From: Lepidodermella squamata
Taxonomy: Eukaryota; Animalia; Gastrotricha
Length of the DNA: 64,000 nt
Direction: 5' to 3'
NCBI GenBank assembly: GCA_047495785.1
Contig: JBLDXI010000028.1
Location: 1,736,001 to 1,800,000, forward strand
Shown here: positions 47,469 through 61,444 of the stretch, in pieces
How the letters are laid out: each line of letters opens with the position of its first letter
How positions within the stretch are numbered: position 1 is the stretch's first letter
The notes under the pieces: model-generated
The model's input: the letters and a program-made list of their open reading frames with translations, nothing else
Told to the model about the DNA's origin: nothing
The model's database searches: none
Program-made: the position numbers and the translations under genes

Positions 47469-48733
47469 CTCTGGTTCAAATATTGCGATAATCAATCGAC
47501 TTGAGTTCGACCACGCACTCGTTGACTAGGCTATGCTGTGTTATTCACCAGGAAATGAAAGGATTCGCAGCAAAAGAACCTCGCCCATTTTCCGCATTTC
47601 ATCGTACAACGGAAAAGCAAAGCCTGCGCAATAAAAGTATTAAGCAGCTACCAGTGGAAAAAAATTAAATTAATTCAAATAAACAGAGGTCTCAGACAAT
47701 AATTCGAATGTTCTCATAAGTATAGGGTAAGGTGCCCTAATGATTCGTTCTCCTCTGTAAACTTTACACCAAGTTGGCGAGAAATTCTCAAAATACATTG
47801 GGGATTCGAAATAGGCTGACTCTCAGGAATGTTTGACACCCGAGGACAATTAACAATTTCTTATTCCTTTTATTACGTGTAAAGATTATCCCTTGGGTTT
47901 ATCCACTTGTAAGTCAAGCTGCTAAAGTTTCCTATTACTTTGACCTCGTAGCGAGAAATGCGGCAGGATCAGGGCGGGTAGGAAAAACATTTTATGGCAC
48001 AAATATGGCGGAATTCAATCGGCTGAAGTTCAGATGAAATGAACGCGCGCTCGCCGACAAGGTTCCTCTGTGTTGTTTACCCGGAAATGAAAGACTTCAC
48101 CACAAATAGCGACACACATTTCGCACTCCATCATGAAACAGCTAAGAGTTGCACGACAAAATCATCAATACAATCATAATCCTCCTAAATCCACTATACT
48201 CACTTCTCGGAGTCATAGAAAGTGCATTCGGAAATTCAACGCCGTGCACTGGGGATTATGAGGGAACTGGATCTGTTGAAATCACAGTTGGAGGATCTGC
48301 CGTGAGATTTTCTTTCATATGCTCACTTCGAGCGAGTGATGCGAGAAATGGACAAAGTAAGGAGTCCCGATTGGCCACTGATTCAGTACTGATTCGTAGT
48401 TTCTGGTTAGCACGAGAATGAAACCTTATATCGCCATAAAATAGGTTGTTTTATGTTACGGTCTTTATCAATAAACCAGTTTTGAACCAATCAGTTGCTT
48501 TTTACCGTTCGACACGCGCTATTAAGTTTTTAATCAAAGCAACGTGTCCGATCAAATGCTAATTATTCAACTTAACAACGGAATCTGAATACTGTATAGA
48601 CTCAAGTTGGGGATGAAGCTTCCTTTCTGGGTTATATAGTTCCCTATTCCCTATTTAATCCATTCTTTAATCATCCGTATTTATCAAAGCGAATGAGGTA
48701 TTTTCAAAACTTTAATTGTTTCGTGAAAGGGAA

Positions 48734-48958
48734 ACTTACCAAGTTTCGATGCGACTGCAACTATATTGCCGAGTTCAGCCTCCGAAACCATTCGGCTTCA
48801 CAAGCATCCTTCATGTTTCTGAGACGAGCCATCGCCCAGTCGCCCAGAGCAAGTTCTACCAGGTAATGCATTTTCTTATCACCAGCGAAGCCTGGCCAGA
48901 ATAGGTTCCGATTTATGTGTTTGATAATGCATTCGTATTGTCGCGCCAGATTATACAC
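48734..48958 (-). pseudogene. TPR-helical family fragment (MARLRNMKDACEAEW / AELGNIVAVASKL)
   Basis: Same exon end and GTAAGT donor as 38351 and 60150; frameshifted. Confidence 0.7.
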
Positions 48959-49262
48959 GAGATGCCCTAAGAAGCAAATAATTAAAATGTATTAAACAAT
49001 TTCAGTAAATATTCAATGTCGATGTCACGATGCCAATGTCAAGCGCCTTCTATGACTCTTTGGTTCATTATTTGGTTTATTAATAATTATCAATTCTTCC
49101 CCGCAATCACGGAATAAAAAGAGAACGGATTAACATGACTACCAATAATGACGATAGTTATGACAACACGCCTCGAAAAGCAGTGTTACATTCGATCCAC
49201 TCCACGACACCACGATACCACTCTAGTTCGAAGATATTGATGAGAAAACATATGTTGCTGAC

Positions 49263-49520
49263 GTGAATTTCGTCCATAAGCTGATTGAACTTCAAGATAG
49301 CATGCAGCTCTTGCTGGCGAATTCCTTGGCTAAAAATCATGCAGACTGGGAGAAAAGGCCGATGAAATTCAAGTATGCGATTCAAGTTTTTTCAATGAGC
49401 GTCGCAAAAGCTTTGAGCTTTTTCAAAATCGACGCAAAACATGCAAGATTTAAGGAAGCTGAAGGTACGGAACTCCTACTGTTTATCATAAACGACTGCT
49501 GGGACTGTTTGAACGAGATT
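49263..49520 (+). mobile_element. P-element/THAP9-like transposase remnant
   Basis: LLLANSLAKNHADWEKRPMKFKYAIQVFSMSVAKAL...GTELLLFIINDCWDCLN matches the P-transposase GTP-binding insertion region. Confidence 0.8.
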
Positions 49521-49974
49521 TCTTTGAATTTTCATAAAAAATATTGGTAATTCACATGGAATACGACCTTTTATATATAAGCACGGCGACAGGCTCATCG
49601 AGCAGCGAAGACTCTGTTAATTCGCCGCCCAAAAGGCGAGGCTAAGGCATCGCCTACACGGAGACATCAACGCTTCGGCTGTCCATTTATATATCTGGAG
49701 CATCAACAGCATCAGCAATTGAAAATCGAATGCCGGTGTACTTGGGCAGATTTTCAACTTGCTGCAGGCTGGCGGTTCTGGGAGTCCGTCAAGCTCACAT
49801 GGGATTTTTCCGACCATGAGCCCCGCGCTGGGCGACCAGCCTACAAATATTAATTACAATTTCAGCTCTGTTTTCGATCAGCCATCGTCGAGTGGACTGA
49901 TTAGCATTAAATATATCAATGATTGATTCGGTTTCAACTTTCTCTTACTGAGCAATTTCTCAAAGCCCACTGGA

Positions 49975-50390
49975 CAGGATTGCCAGCGTCATGATGGGAG
50001 TGATTGGAAGTGTCGGTAATTTAGTTCGATTTATTCTGGATCAAAACTCATCTTAATTTGTAATGAGGTGAAATTTTGAAAAGAATTTCCGGTCTGCTCT
50101 GGATCTTTCATTGCGTGGCACGTCGCATTAAGCTAGCTGTCCGTGATGCTATAAAAGATAATAATTCGGCAAACGCTTTCATCTCTTTCGCAAATGCTAT
50201 TTATCGGTTCTATAGCCCGTCCCCAGCTCGAATTTAGCAGCTGAGAGAAATCGCCGAGGCTTTCGGAGTTGTCGTTAAAACAACGCAGAGGCTTCTCGAT
50301 GTGAGGTGGGCATATTTATCTATGCATCATGCATCACTGAATGCTATACAATGCAACCTCCCAGCGCTGCATGCTCATTTTTCTGAATCG
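49975..50390 (+). mobile_element. hAT transposase remnant
   Basis: ASVMMG, FHCVARRIKLAVRDA, IYRFYSPSPAR and RLLDVRW motifs, with stops. Confidence 0.75.
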
Positions 50391-50939
50391 CCACTACTAT
50401 ACCTTATCCAAATATGTTAATCCAAACATATTAGGTTAGGCGAAATTTTTTCTAATCAATTATCAATAATTGCCATGATTTCAGAAATTTGGCATTATTT
50501 CGAAGCACGTTGCCATCGGAACACTGGCGGAGGTGGAGAATATTGGGACATTTGATGACCTACCGGAGATCTCCTGCGAAGATCTGGGTGCTTTGCAGTC
50601 ACTCTCGGCCCCCTCGTCTGGAGCTAATCTAAACCCGGCACCTGCAACTGAAGAAATCTCAGTCTGGCACACGAAGGCAATCCTAATTCGGCACCTGAAG
50701 GCAATCTTACTGGCCCGGCACTATCTTGGCACCGGCATCTGTAGGCGATCAGAATCCGGCACCTGAATCTGAAGACAACCTCAATCCGGTACTGGCTCCT
50801 GAAAGCGAACCCGTTCATCTCCCTTAACCGGTACCAGCGGTATAAAGCACACAACACGAGAGCGACATCTCGTAAGCTGAAGCTAATACCAAGCCCTGAA
50901 GCTCAAAGTCATCAAAATTGTCGCTATTAAGGAGAGTTG

Positions 50940-51080
50940 GCTGCAACTAAGCGAAGGGCGAGTACAATTTTCCACAAGCTATCCAGTCCAAACTATGTTC
51001 AATGCGGAGTTGTTGCCTTCCGACACCATCGGTGTGAAACTCTTAGTCGCCAATTTATCAATGAATTGTTGAAATTAGGG
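50940..51080 (-). pseudogene. TPR-helical family fragment (PMVSEGN)
   Basis: gttgccttccgacaccatcgg is identical to 57331-57351; the downstream TG..CTR aligns with copy Y. Confidence 0.55.
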
Positions 51081-51107
51081 AAATCAGCGACTGGTTACAA
51101 GTTGGCA

Positions 51108-51600
51108 AGCGTCCGTGACATCTGGGCACTGTTCCACTACCAACTTCAGGCATTTCAGGCGATGTACCGGCCGGGTCCGAATGTCACCCGTGGTCGCTGC
51201 TCATTCCACCAGGACATGCCGTCAAAGCCCGTCAAGTACGGCATCAAGATCTTCTGGCTTTGCGATGCCGAAATCTCGTATCCTCTTGCCGGTGAAGTGT
51301 ACCTTGGAAAGCAAGAAGGCTTCGCAACAAAGTTACCGATCTAACAATGCGATGATGCCGATGCATTCTCAACACTGGTCGAAACGTCACCTGTGACCTG
51401 TGAACCCAGACATATGACCATGTTACACTACTTCACGAGCTGTTCACTTGCGGAGCAGATACTCGCCAGCAACACAACTCTGGTCGGTACGTTGAAAGCC
51501 AACAACCCGGATATTCCTCTTGCATCGAAGACAAGATCTATGGCATCTTCTCGATTCTGCTTCGATGATCACATAAAGATGGTCAATTACGCTACCATCT
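51108..51600 (+). mobile_element. piggyBac transposase remnant
   Basis: VRDIW, GRCSFHQDMPSKPVKYGIKIFWLCDA..YPLAGEVYLGK, YFTS..LA and TTLVGTLKAN; catalytic Asp positions are deleted or mutated. Confidence 0.88.
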
Positions 51601-52754
51601 TGTTCGGCTGTACAACTGCCGTCGAATCTCGCGCAAATGGTCGAATGTCTTCTTTTTCAACATTTTGGACATCGCCAGCTTCGCGGCTTATGTTGTCTAA
51701 ATGAAATTTGGTACCGGCATGAGATTTTCCCCTGACTCGTAGACTAAAAACAAGATTTATTCAGCCAACTCGGCCATTCGTTCGAACACATTCTAGCTTT
51801 ACGAGCACAAGCTTCAAACCGTAATTAAGTTATCAACTGAAATCATCACTGAGAATAAAACTGAAAAAAGTAATGGCAACTGACCCGAACAGGTTTAAAA
51901 TGAATGCAGATCGAGCTTGATTGGAATCGGCTTCAACTTCGAGCGGAACCTGCAACCTCGAATCCCAGCTCAACATCTCTTCGACAGTGCTTGCAGCGAT
52001 GCGCCAGTTTGGTGCTAACAAAAGACAAAAAAGCCTGTAATCGACAAAATCATCGAACTTAGTTTGAATTTCGACATTTTCGTTGTAAAATTAATGAAAT
52101 ATTCATACACGAAATTAGCTTAATATCAAGCCCATAAATCGCATAATGTTAGATCCCTAAAATTTCCAGCTTTCATTCTCAAGGCCAAGGTGAATTTATC
52201 TCCCTGATAGTCAAAAAGAGACATGACTTGACACATTAACATGACTAACGACAACGAGGATAATTATGACTACCCGACTCGAAAAAGCAGGGTTACATTC
52301 GAACCACTTGACGACTTAGATAACTCTCCAGCAGAAACCAAGCGCCGTGGATCACGAGGTTGCGGTAAAGCTTCTACGAGTTCTAAGCGTGGAAAGTCTG
52401 CTACCGGTTATCAACGTGGTCGAGGTAGAGGGTCAACATTAAATGCCAAAGCTAGGTAATCACGGCCGACCTTTTCATGATCCAGGAAAAGTTCAGGAAA
52501 ACTCAGAAAAGCGGACAGTCAGCGGAAAAGTCGATCGGCCGAAAAAATCGGCAGCGTTCCACATTACGAAAGATGATGGTGTTACTTCAGAGAGATCCTC
52601 TGACAGGTTTGATTTGTGTTGACAGATTACAGTATTCATCTCACTAATTCAAGAATTCAATTTTTTCTCTGCAATGCCCTGTTTAAGTGATGTTGCTGAG
52701 CCGCCGAATCGTGCATCTCCTGAGAGATCTTCGAATATCATTTTGTTGTGACTG

Positions 52755-52995
52755 ACGAACTGATGGCAGAAATTGAAAGGCTGTGCGAGCCGATGGCAGT
52801 TACTGGAGTAACGGGAGCTGTCTGGGCAATGCGTTGCTGTCAACACTGTCTCTGAGACTGTCGAGTTTTTACTAGAGTCATGGCAAACCCAGTTGCGTCA
52901 TTAAATTACGTCAGCAAGCTTGTTAGAGTCCCAGCGTTGTCGGGTAACCACAGACCTCGCGGCCCAATGGGGCGGATTGTTCAAATGCTTGGTTT
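52755..52995 (+). mobile_element. Possible BEL/Pao integrase C-terminal remnant
   Basis: ELMAEIE, RWQLL and RPRG.MGRIV resemble BEL/Pao integrase and DUF5641 motifs; very degenerate. Confidence 0.35.
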
Positions 52996-55544
52996 TGATT
53001 TAGTCGAGGCCAACAGCGCATTCAATGAACGAGATCCTGTGAGCATTACCAGGACCCAAGTCCCTGACGAAGTACTACCGACCGAGGCGACTGGATCCTG
53101 TTTCTTTCAGCAGGTAAAAATATTTTTGTACTCCAAATTTTATAATAATTTCTCAGCTTCCAAAGCATATGTGTGACCACGTGGAAGTCAACAATTCTAT
53201 TTTTCTCCCTTTAAACTAAAAGGGCAATGCTAAACGCTACTAATCCGCGAAAAGAATGCGATAGTTTTGCGACCACCGTCTAGTGCCACGTCTGATATTT
53301 TCAATGTTCCGATTTACATTTTTTGGACTGAAGACCGTCAGGACAACGACCGAGGGTGGACGCGGTTTTCGCCGTCTTCGTGGCCCAGTTTCCTCGATCG
53401 CAATCAACCATTCCTCTGACGGCAACTTGAGCAATTTTGAATTAGAACATATTAGTTTTACATTTTCCGAGCGTGAACCCCATATTCAATCGATTCAAAA
53501 TGTAATGAATTAGTGTGTTTACATAGCAAATCGTGCACACCCAGGTATCAACACCCCCTGAGCAGCTAATTGTGCCATAGCCATAGATACACAACCCTGT
53601 GTTCACATCGCTATGTCCATGGACTGATCTGCTGTGCGTTGTTTGCGTTGTTCGAAATCTAATACTACTAAATATGGGACGTTAAATGAAATAGCAAATA
53701 CGATTGAAAATATCGGAAAATTTATTGGCGATAATGATAAGTAAATAGAATCCTGCTCACACACAGACCGGCTGTGACAAACAATGACGCCGCATTTTAG
53801 TATCCATCTTAGATGTAGGAATTAGCTCATTTTAAACGTATTTTTCCCGGGCTCGTGAGCGCTTACAAAAATGAAATTGAAAGTTTCATAATTTTGCGCT
53901 TCTCGGGCTCTCCGAGCAGTCATCCTAAGCGTCGTCGATGGGGTTTGAACCACCGACCTGTGTCGCACCCGTCGGCAGCCACGTGGTCACAATGTTCTAT
54001 TTCACCCAAGCTACCAGACACCGACCCGACAGTATTCGTCTCGCTGGCTGTGCGAAAGAACAACTAAAATGGTAAACTTCGAAATGTTCACTTGAATTAT
54101 TCTTATCTACATAATTATCAGCACAGATCTCACGGCTTGGTTCAATCTGTTAGCGAGATGGTGACTGGTATGGCTGAGAACATCCAAGATATCTGCATCT
54201 CAGCTAACCCTATATCACCCTAATCTAAAAGCAGTCCTAAAATTAAAATTAAAATTAGGCGTGGTGTTCTTCGCGAGAAGAATATTTCATAGAACGGGGG
54301 AATTTCAGGGAAATAAGCAAGAGGCTAATTAAAGACATGAGTTCGCTCCGCATTAGTAGTAGTGTTAGTATAGCGGGGTTTGCTGCGATTTGGAATGGGG
54401 TGAGGAACCACTAAAGGTTGGGGTCGATTGTAGGTGTGAGAATCGGATTTCTAGAAAATTATTCTGTCGCTTCGTTAGATAAAAGTGGATAACAGTTAAA
54501 CGGGCTTGAGCTGAAAAAACCGTCCGAGATTTTTAGAAATATAATGAATGCGACACCTGATGGTATCAAACAATAACTCAAAAACACACTCGTGTTTCAT
54601 ATAGATCATAGGCAAAAGTTTCTCTAGGGGTTTTAAAATAATATATGAGATGTCTATATTTGAGAATGTCAACCATCGCCGGCCAATCGGATGTAAGCTC
54701 AAAAGGCCATTCTGCCACAAAATCTCCTTTTTTGATGAGTCGGTAGCTTGTAATGTACCGCTCGAGGTGTTCAGGATACTGTTCCGGCTTGTTTTGTGTG
54801 GACCACACTTAGTAAGAATCGGGCACTGAAGATAATCAACACCTATTTTAAGGTTATTACAAAGGGAAATACTGGAAATATCCATTACTTGTTGAGATTG
54901 AGTTTTTCCACCAAGGCTTTTATGACTAGATCAGCCACTTGCTTAAGTTTGTCAGTCTGAATAGTAAAAACGGGGACTTCGAAGACGCAACGCTTAGATA
55001 CACAGAGGTGGTCGTGGTATATATTTACGGTTTCCAACTAGTTATCTTGAATGAGTGTTTCAGAATTTCGACCTCGAGAGTCAATTCGTCGTCGAAGCGT
55101 TAAGCTGAGGCACGTAGACGTCTAATTTGACGAATTGACGGTCGGGTCATGCAACGGTGGACGGTCGGGTCTTTGATGCACGTTTTCAAGAATAAAACAC
55201 TTGAAGTTAACGAAGGGTGTCTTTTGCCAATAAGCTTCGCATATAGGTGAAATCGAAAAACAGCAAACTGTACTACAATTCCTCTGTTCAAGTTCATCAA
55301 GGACCAGAACTTGGAACGCTTCCCAAGCAGCCGCGTCGAAACCAAATAGATCAAGCGCGATAAAGCTTTCGATTCTTAAAGCATTTCGGCCCAAATATTC
55401 GTATTTTGGACTAAAAATGATGTTTCAGCGCTAAATTTAAGCGTCATGGCACTACATTTTTTACTTTCTTTGCGATTTCGATGATTTCATCTTTTTATCG
55501 AAATTGATGCCCTCTGAACATAGCATTTTTTTGTTTAGCTACCT

Positions 55545-55837
55545 GGCGCCCCAAGCTACGTAGACAAATTATTGATGTTTGGTTCTACGACGGGTGATAG
55601 CGGAAAAATCACTGATTTGTAAAATCGATACTTGAAATCGATATCGGCTCGATAGAATGAAGTATAATTCGTAAACTGACCGCTCATAGCGCGAAATACG
55701 CGTAATATGAAGGTATAACGGTTAGGCACGATAACAAAAAATTTGAGATTATAGTGAAGACTAGAAATTCGAAAACCCATATTTAGGGAAAATCTAGTGC
55801 TGGAACCCTACATTTAGGGTGCGCACTTGGCACACCC
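55545..55837 (-). mobile_element. MITE family A, copy 2
   Basis: Homologous over ~290 bp to 58985-59260; ends in ttagggtgcgcacttggcacaccc. Confidence 0.8.
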
Positions 55838-58349
55838 ATTAATAATTAATAAGATACCATATTCTACCCTCAAATGAGTCATAAATTGCATGACATCATA
55901 AAAAATAAGTTCTAGAAAGGGCAAGATATTTTAAGAAAAGCAAAGGGAATCAACTTCATAAAAACCACTCCAATTCAAAATAAAAAATGGATAAGGGAAC
56001 AGAAATAATCTGAAAATTAATCTCGAATTTACCTGTAAAACAATTGGGTTAATCGCGTCTAGACTGACGGTCCAGTCGGAGATCAGCCGGGAAGCGGATT
56101 TACCAGTTTGCAAGGCTGTCACGGATTCAAGGAATATATTCGATTCCCTGAAGATAACGCGCATCTTTCAAGAATTACAACCGGCCAATAAGTTAATTTT
56201 GTTGAATCAGTCCCATTTCGAACGAGTCACAGCGTCACCGTACTCCACCGGACAAAAATGATGCATTTCCTCAACATGTAAACAACACAATTGCCAGGTA
56301 GCCCTATGAATCAAAGATTGGAAAATCAAAATCGAACTTTCTGAAACCAAATTATTGCTGACAAACTATATTCAGAAAATAGAGCAAAATAAAATATGAG
56401 ATCCAGTTATCACTCATACAACACGAATGGATCCCTCCATGTTAGGGAAGAACAACGAGCAAGTCGGATCTACCAGGTGGATGAGAGTGGCAAATTTCAT
56501 CGACTTGCCGGCCATCGATCCCAAGAAAAGTACAATTTTTCTCTTCAACTTATCAAAATAAATCGGCTTTTTGTCATTTTTTGACATGCGGTCACATTCT
56601 TTGCCCAGAAGGATAAGTTCTTCGATGAAGCTGCCTTTCAATTCTTTGCTGACTATTGGCGGCTGCTCCCAAAATGACGCGAGTTTCTTGCCATCGCCAT
56701 AGGTGATTTTAATCATCACGTTGATCAAACGATCGACGTCTTTGCGGAGGAAAAAATCAGCAGGATCGTTGCGGAAGTCGCGTATGACCTGGGCGAGATT
56801 CCGGGTAACATAAAACACGAAGGCTGGCTGCTTCACGCACGCGCTTGCGATTTTGACGTCATCAGCCGCGACTTGCCAAAATAGGTTCGGAGTCATGTAA
56901 TATTCAGTGCCTTTGCATTGACGCGCCAGAAAATTCATGAAATGACCTAAATGATAATGAAAAAGCATTATAATTTCTTCTGAATTTGATTTTTCAAATA
57001 CTTGAGGCAAACAATAAATTTATCTTTATTGAGGCTTTTATGACGAAGCGCAAGTTTTGTTTGGAAAAACATGAGCTGGGCATGCTCGAATTTCTCGATT
57101 ATGTGGCTCAATGTCTCTCTGAGCTGAACCTTAGCATTTCTAAAGTTATTTTTTCTCGATTAGCAAACGATGCCGTACTTCATAAAGAAACGTCCATATA
57201 ATTCAACATATTTAGCTGTGGTTCGGCTAGAGCAAGCGAGGAAGCAAAACATTCCCTTTTCTGACAACCTGGTGCAAATCTCGCTCTTCGAGTGTCCAGT
57301 TTGAAAAAGTTTAGCCCGCTCGAATAACTTGTTGCCTTCCGACACCATCGGCGAGCTGTAGACACACTCAACAGCTTCGAATAATCCCAACGATTTCGCT
57401 CACCTGAGTAGCAATCGACTACATTTCTTTGATATATGTCGACCGATTGCATCAATACAGAAGCATTTAAAGAAATGTTAACAAATTGGATTCCGGGCCT
57501 TATTAAAGTTGTTGGAGTCATCTATATTCCTGTGAAATCGTTACTTCTTTACTTTGCAAAGAAGTCGATAATAATCGAAGGATTTTTAGCCCAGGTAATA
57601 TATTTTTTATTCCAGCTATTCGTTGATTGTGAAGATTAAACTCCCTATCCGACTCCCACTGCTACATCCTCGTCATCGGCTGTTGCCCGTCCTGATGTCG
57701 TTCGACCGTTGGCCCGCAAATGCCTGTTATAGTTTACTGGATCGTTTCATTCGTTGAGTGTAAAATGCGACAATACGCGCGTTCACGACCCCCTCCTGAC
57801 CAACCATAACCCAACCCTAACCCAAACCAGGAAAACCCCGAATATTGATGAAAAAGCAAATTTCACTTTGAAAAATAATGTAAACTAGTTAAAATATACC
57901 ACATGATTATGTAAAAATAGGCGCTTTGTTAATATAATTTACAAATTTACAAATTGACTTGATAGGTTTCTGATCAATTTGGAGTTCCTTTGATCATTTC
58001 AACCTGCTCCTTACGATAGTGCGCGGGAAGCCATTCGTGGCCTCGAATAAAATCCGGGCCTTTGAATATTTTGAACTCTCTATTCGTACCCGGGTTGATC
58101 ATTCGCATAGAGACAATAATCTCCCGCATTTTTCGCGTATTTCCTCCGACTCGAACGACTGTGTACGTGGTATTTTCAAATGTTCGCACATTGCCGCAGT
58201 CCTGGAATATGCCCTAGTCAATCTTACCAAAACCGATGTGGTCGTCAAGTTGGCGCTTCCCCATCCAGACCGTGTAATTAAAGCTATTGTTCAGAGCATT
58301 AAGCGCAAAAAGTTAGGTTTAATTCCTCCTTGCTGTTCAACGTTAATCT

Positions 58350-58850
58350 AAACTCGAATTGAATAATAGGAAACGATCTGGTACCATCCAGGCAGATGTG
58401 CAGATCGATTTTTACACGAAACTGCGAGGCTTCACCCGCAGGAAGCCCTTGCCAGTCGAGAAAATGAAGCCGCTAGTAGATATTTATCGAAAAGACCTTC
58501 CTGGAACCGACACGATGATAAGAGCCCAATTAGATCGTTGGAAATCATGTTGTGCATTTCTTGATCCAAAGCCTGACAGCGATCCACAATGGGGAAAATC
58601 TTGTTTCTGCCGCTTTTATTCAATTTCACCACGGTATAAAACCCCCGATGAGATTCTTGATATCTTGGCGCGCAAAGCGGCACGGCGCCTCAACCATGTT
58701 CTGCGATAGTTGAGACTGCGGAGAGATGAAAACGCTCTCAAAAATAATAAAAATCAAAGCCCATAGTCCATATATAACAAAGTTTTTCTTTTTCTAAAGT
58801 GTTTAGCTCTTGTGAAAATAAAACTATCAAACCCAAATCCTGGCTGCGCT
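58350..58850 (+). mobile_element. hAT-like element 3' remnant
   Basis: PDEILDILARKAARRL is typical of hAT transposase C-termini; ends in aaatcctggctgcgc (hAT-type TIR). Second copy at 59720-60072. Confidence 0.6.
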
Positions 58851-58984
58851 TGAAATTAATAATAAAAATTATTAAATTATTTAAATTATTTGAAATTTTC
58901 ATTTTTTTTCAATTTTCATTTTTAATTTTAATTTTAAATTAAACAAACATTTTGAAGAGATTCTAAATTCGATACTGATGATGT

Positions 58985-59260
58985 TCTAAGCTGTTACGTA
59001 GGAAATTATCGATTTTGGGTTCCAAGACGGCTGACAGTTGGAAAATCACTGATTTGTAGAATCGATACTTGGAATCGATATCGGCTCTATGAGCAGTCAG
59101 TTACGCGTAATATGAAGATCTAATGGTTAGCATGATAGCAAAATATTAGAGATTCTAGCGAAGACTGGAATCTCGAAACCCATATTTAGGGGAAATCCAG
59201 TGCTCGAGTCTCAAATTTAGAGCTGGAACCCTAAATTTAGGGTGCGCACTTGGCACGCCA
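58985..59260 (-). mobile_element. MITE family A, copy 3
   Basis: Homologous to 55545-55837 and to the reverse complement of 22051-22235. Confidence 0.8.
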
Positions 59261-59319
59261 AATTCCACTCTCTCACATACGGATAATTTGACGGTGGGTA
59301 GCATAGCTGATGAACAATT

Positions 59320-59665
59320 CGTGGAAAAATAGTTTCGGAAATTTACTTTGATCAGCCTGGTAAACTTGTTAATTCTGAAGATTTTCCACTTTTCCATTTT
59401 TCAACGTCAACTTCCTAAAACGCTTTGAGCTGCCAACAATTACTGCACACGACATCGCGATCTCCGTGATCAAAGACTCAACGCGCAACGTGAACAACCA
59501 CATTTACAACAGATGATTAAATAATGTTTTGTGTAAAATCTCAAAAATTTAACTACTCAGTGTCCTAAGGCAACTAATCACGGCAACTAATCGCGGAAAA
59601 CTAGTTTCGGAAATTTACTCTGATCAGCCTGGTAAACTTGTTAATTCTGAAGATTCTCCACTTCC
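59320..59665 (+). repeat. ~72-bp direct repeat (59320-59392 and 59592-59664)
   Basis: tagtttcggaaatttact.tgatcagcctggtaaacttgttaattctgaagatt.tccactt occurs twice. Confidence 0.9.
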
Positions 59666-59719
59666 TGTATGCTTAGACTTTATTGTATAAGTTGTGTTGC
59701 TTATATGTATAAGTTGATC

Positions 59720-60072
59720 CAGTGGCGTTAGTGTTTTTTGTTTACATGTTTTAGCGGAGCTTTTCGACGCGTTGGAGGCTAAAAGCCTGGTTGCGATCTA
59801 CAGTGGGGAAGAGCGTTTTGTCTCTGCCGCTTTTATTGATTTCACTACGGTATAATTCTACCCCTGATGGGATTCTTGATATCTTGGCGCACGAAGCGGC
59901 ACGGCGCGTCAACCTTGTTCTCGGATTGCTGAGTGCTGAGACTGCGGAGTGATGAAAAAGATTTCAAAAATTGAAAAATCAAAGCCCATAGTTCATACAT
60001 TACAATGTTTTTCTATCTATTAAACTATCAACTATCAAAAACTATCAAACCAAAATCCTGACTGCGCCCCTG
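59720..60072 (+). mobile_element. Short non-autonomous hAT-like derivative
   Basis: CAGTGGCG...CGCCCCTG termini; 59823-60067 matches 58606-58849. No TSD found. Confidence 0.6.
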
Positions 60073-61149
60073 CTTAATTAAAATTGTTTTTAATTAAACA
60101 TTATGAAGATATTCCAAATTTAAATTAAAGCTAGTAAATGAGTTACCTACCTAAAATGGAAGCGATAGCGATGGCATTTCCGAGTTCGGCTTTCGACGCT
60201 TTCCGCCACGGTTCCAAGTACCATTCTGAGCATTCGTCCGTCAGATTTCCAAGCCTAGCCAAAGCCCGAGCAAACGGCTCATTTAGCCGCATGACCATAT
60301 CGGTGGATGAACAAAACCCAGCTAACCACATGTAGACTGCAAACGAAGGGTCGCAAAGTGGATAATGGCCTCGGACAAATCGCTCCCTCATCGCCGGACT
60401 GTCGTCAAACGGAATTATGAGACCAGCATATCGTTCCAAAATCAGCCGATGAATCGGGGAGATGGTCAAAAATCGAATGCCGCTACGTGTCGTCATTTGT
60501 CGGCCCAATTCGCACATAAACTCGATGAAATTAGGCATAGTCGCCAAATCACGCATTGCCATGTTTTTGAGATCGACATCCTCGGTTTGCTCGGGTACCA
60601 AGTACTCAAGTAGCGCTAAAACCAGCTGAACAATCATAGCTTCAAAAATTGAAAGTTTCACCAAATCGATTTCCGGCGAGAATAATCGCTTGAGCAAGGG
60701 AATTTGCTTGAAAATTCGCATGAGACCTGCATCGTAGAGGGGGCGTAACTCAGTCGGACCCTTTATAGCATAGGACACAAGTTCAATTAACGTGAAAAGG
60801 AATGTGGTCTGTTCAATCGAGCCATGATTCATAGGTAAATTTCCGGTTGTAATAAGCCGCCTTAATGCAGTTTTCATGGATTCTGTTCCGAGAACTCGCT
60901 TTCGGCCAGGTGGACGCTGTTTTCTTATCAGCTCACACTTCGCAGCCGATTCTAAAAAGGAAAACAAAGTTTTGTTGAAAATTAAATGCGCCAAGATCAT
61001 AAAACGCTTTTTTCCTTCATTGCTTTGCCAACTCTAACCCGCTAGCCCCTGCTAACCTGTCTTGCTTACCTAGAAGCATTCGAATCTAATGGGCGTCAGT
61101 TCCGAACCTCTGATTCTTCACACCCCGCTGCCCATTGGGACAACTGGTC

Positions 61150-61444
61150 CTCGCGTATGCGCTGGAAACTACAGAACGAGCGCCCGCCCCGCGACGAACT
61201 AGTCGATGGTACCGAAGTCCTAGCTCCGGATGCTGCCATCGATGAAGAGGCGGAGTTCAAAGCTCGCCAGCGAAAGGGTTGCATTATCCTATCCGATCAC
61301 ATCGACAGGACCCTGAAATTCCGTTCCAAAATCAAAGAAGAAAAGACTATTCCCGAGCGAGGGCGCTTTTCAATGAAAGTTATGTCGACCAGACTGAATC
61401 ACGAAGTATTCGAGTGTAAAACTCTCCATAATAAGCGAGAATAG
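61150..61444 (+). mobile_element. Probable copia gag remnant
   Basis: ELVDGTEVLAP..AEFKARQRKGCIILSDHID resembles the copia Gag N-terminal region. Confidence 0.45.

Noticed and set aside
50610-50815. Degenerate CCGGCACCTGAA repeats
   Set aside because: Irregular low-complexity coding relic with no repeat-spacer regularity; not CRISPR-like.
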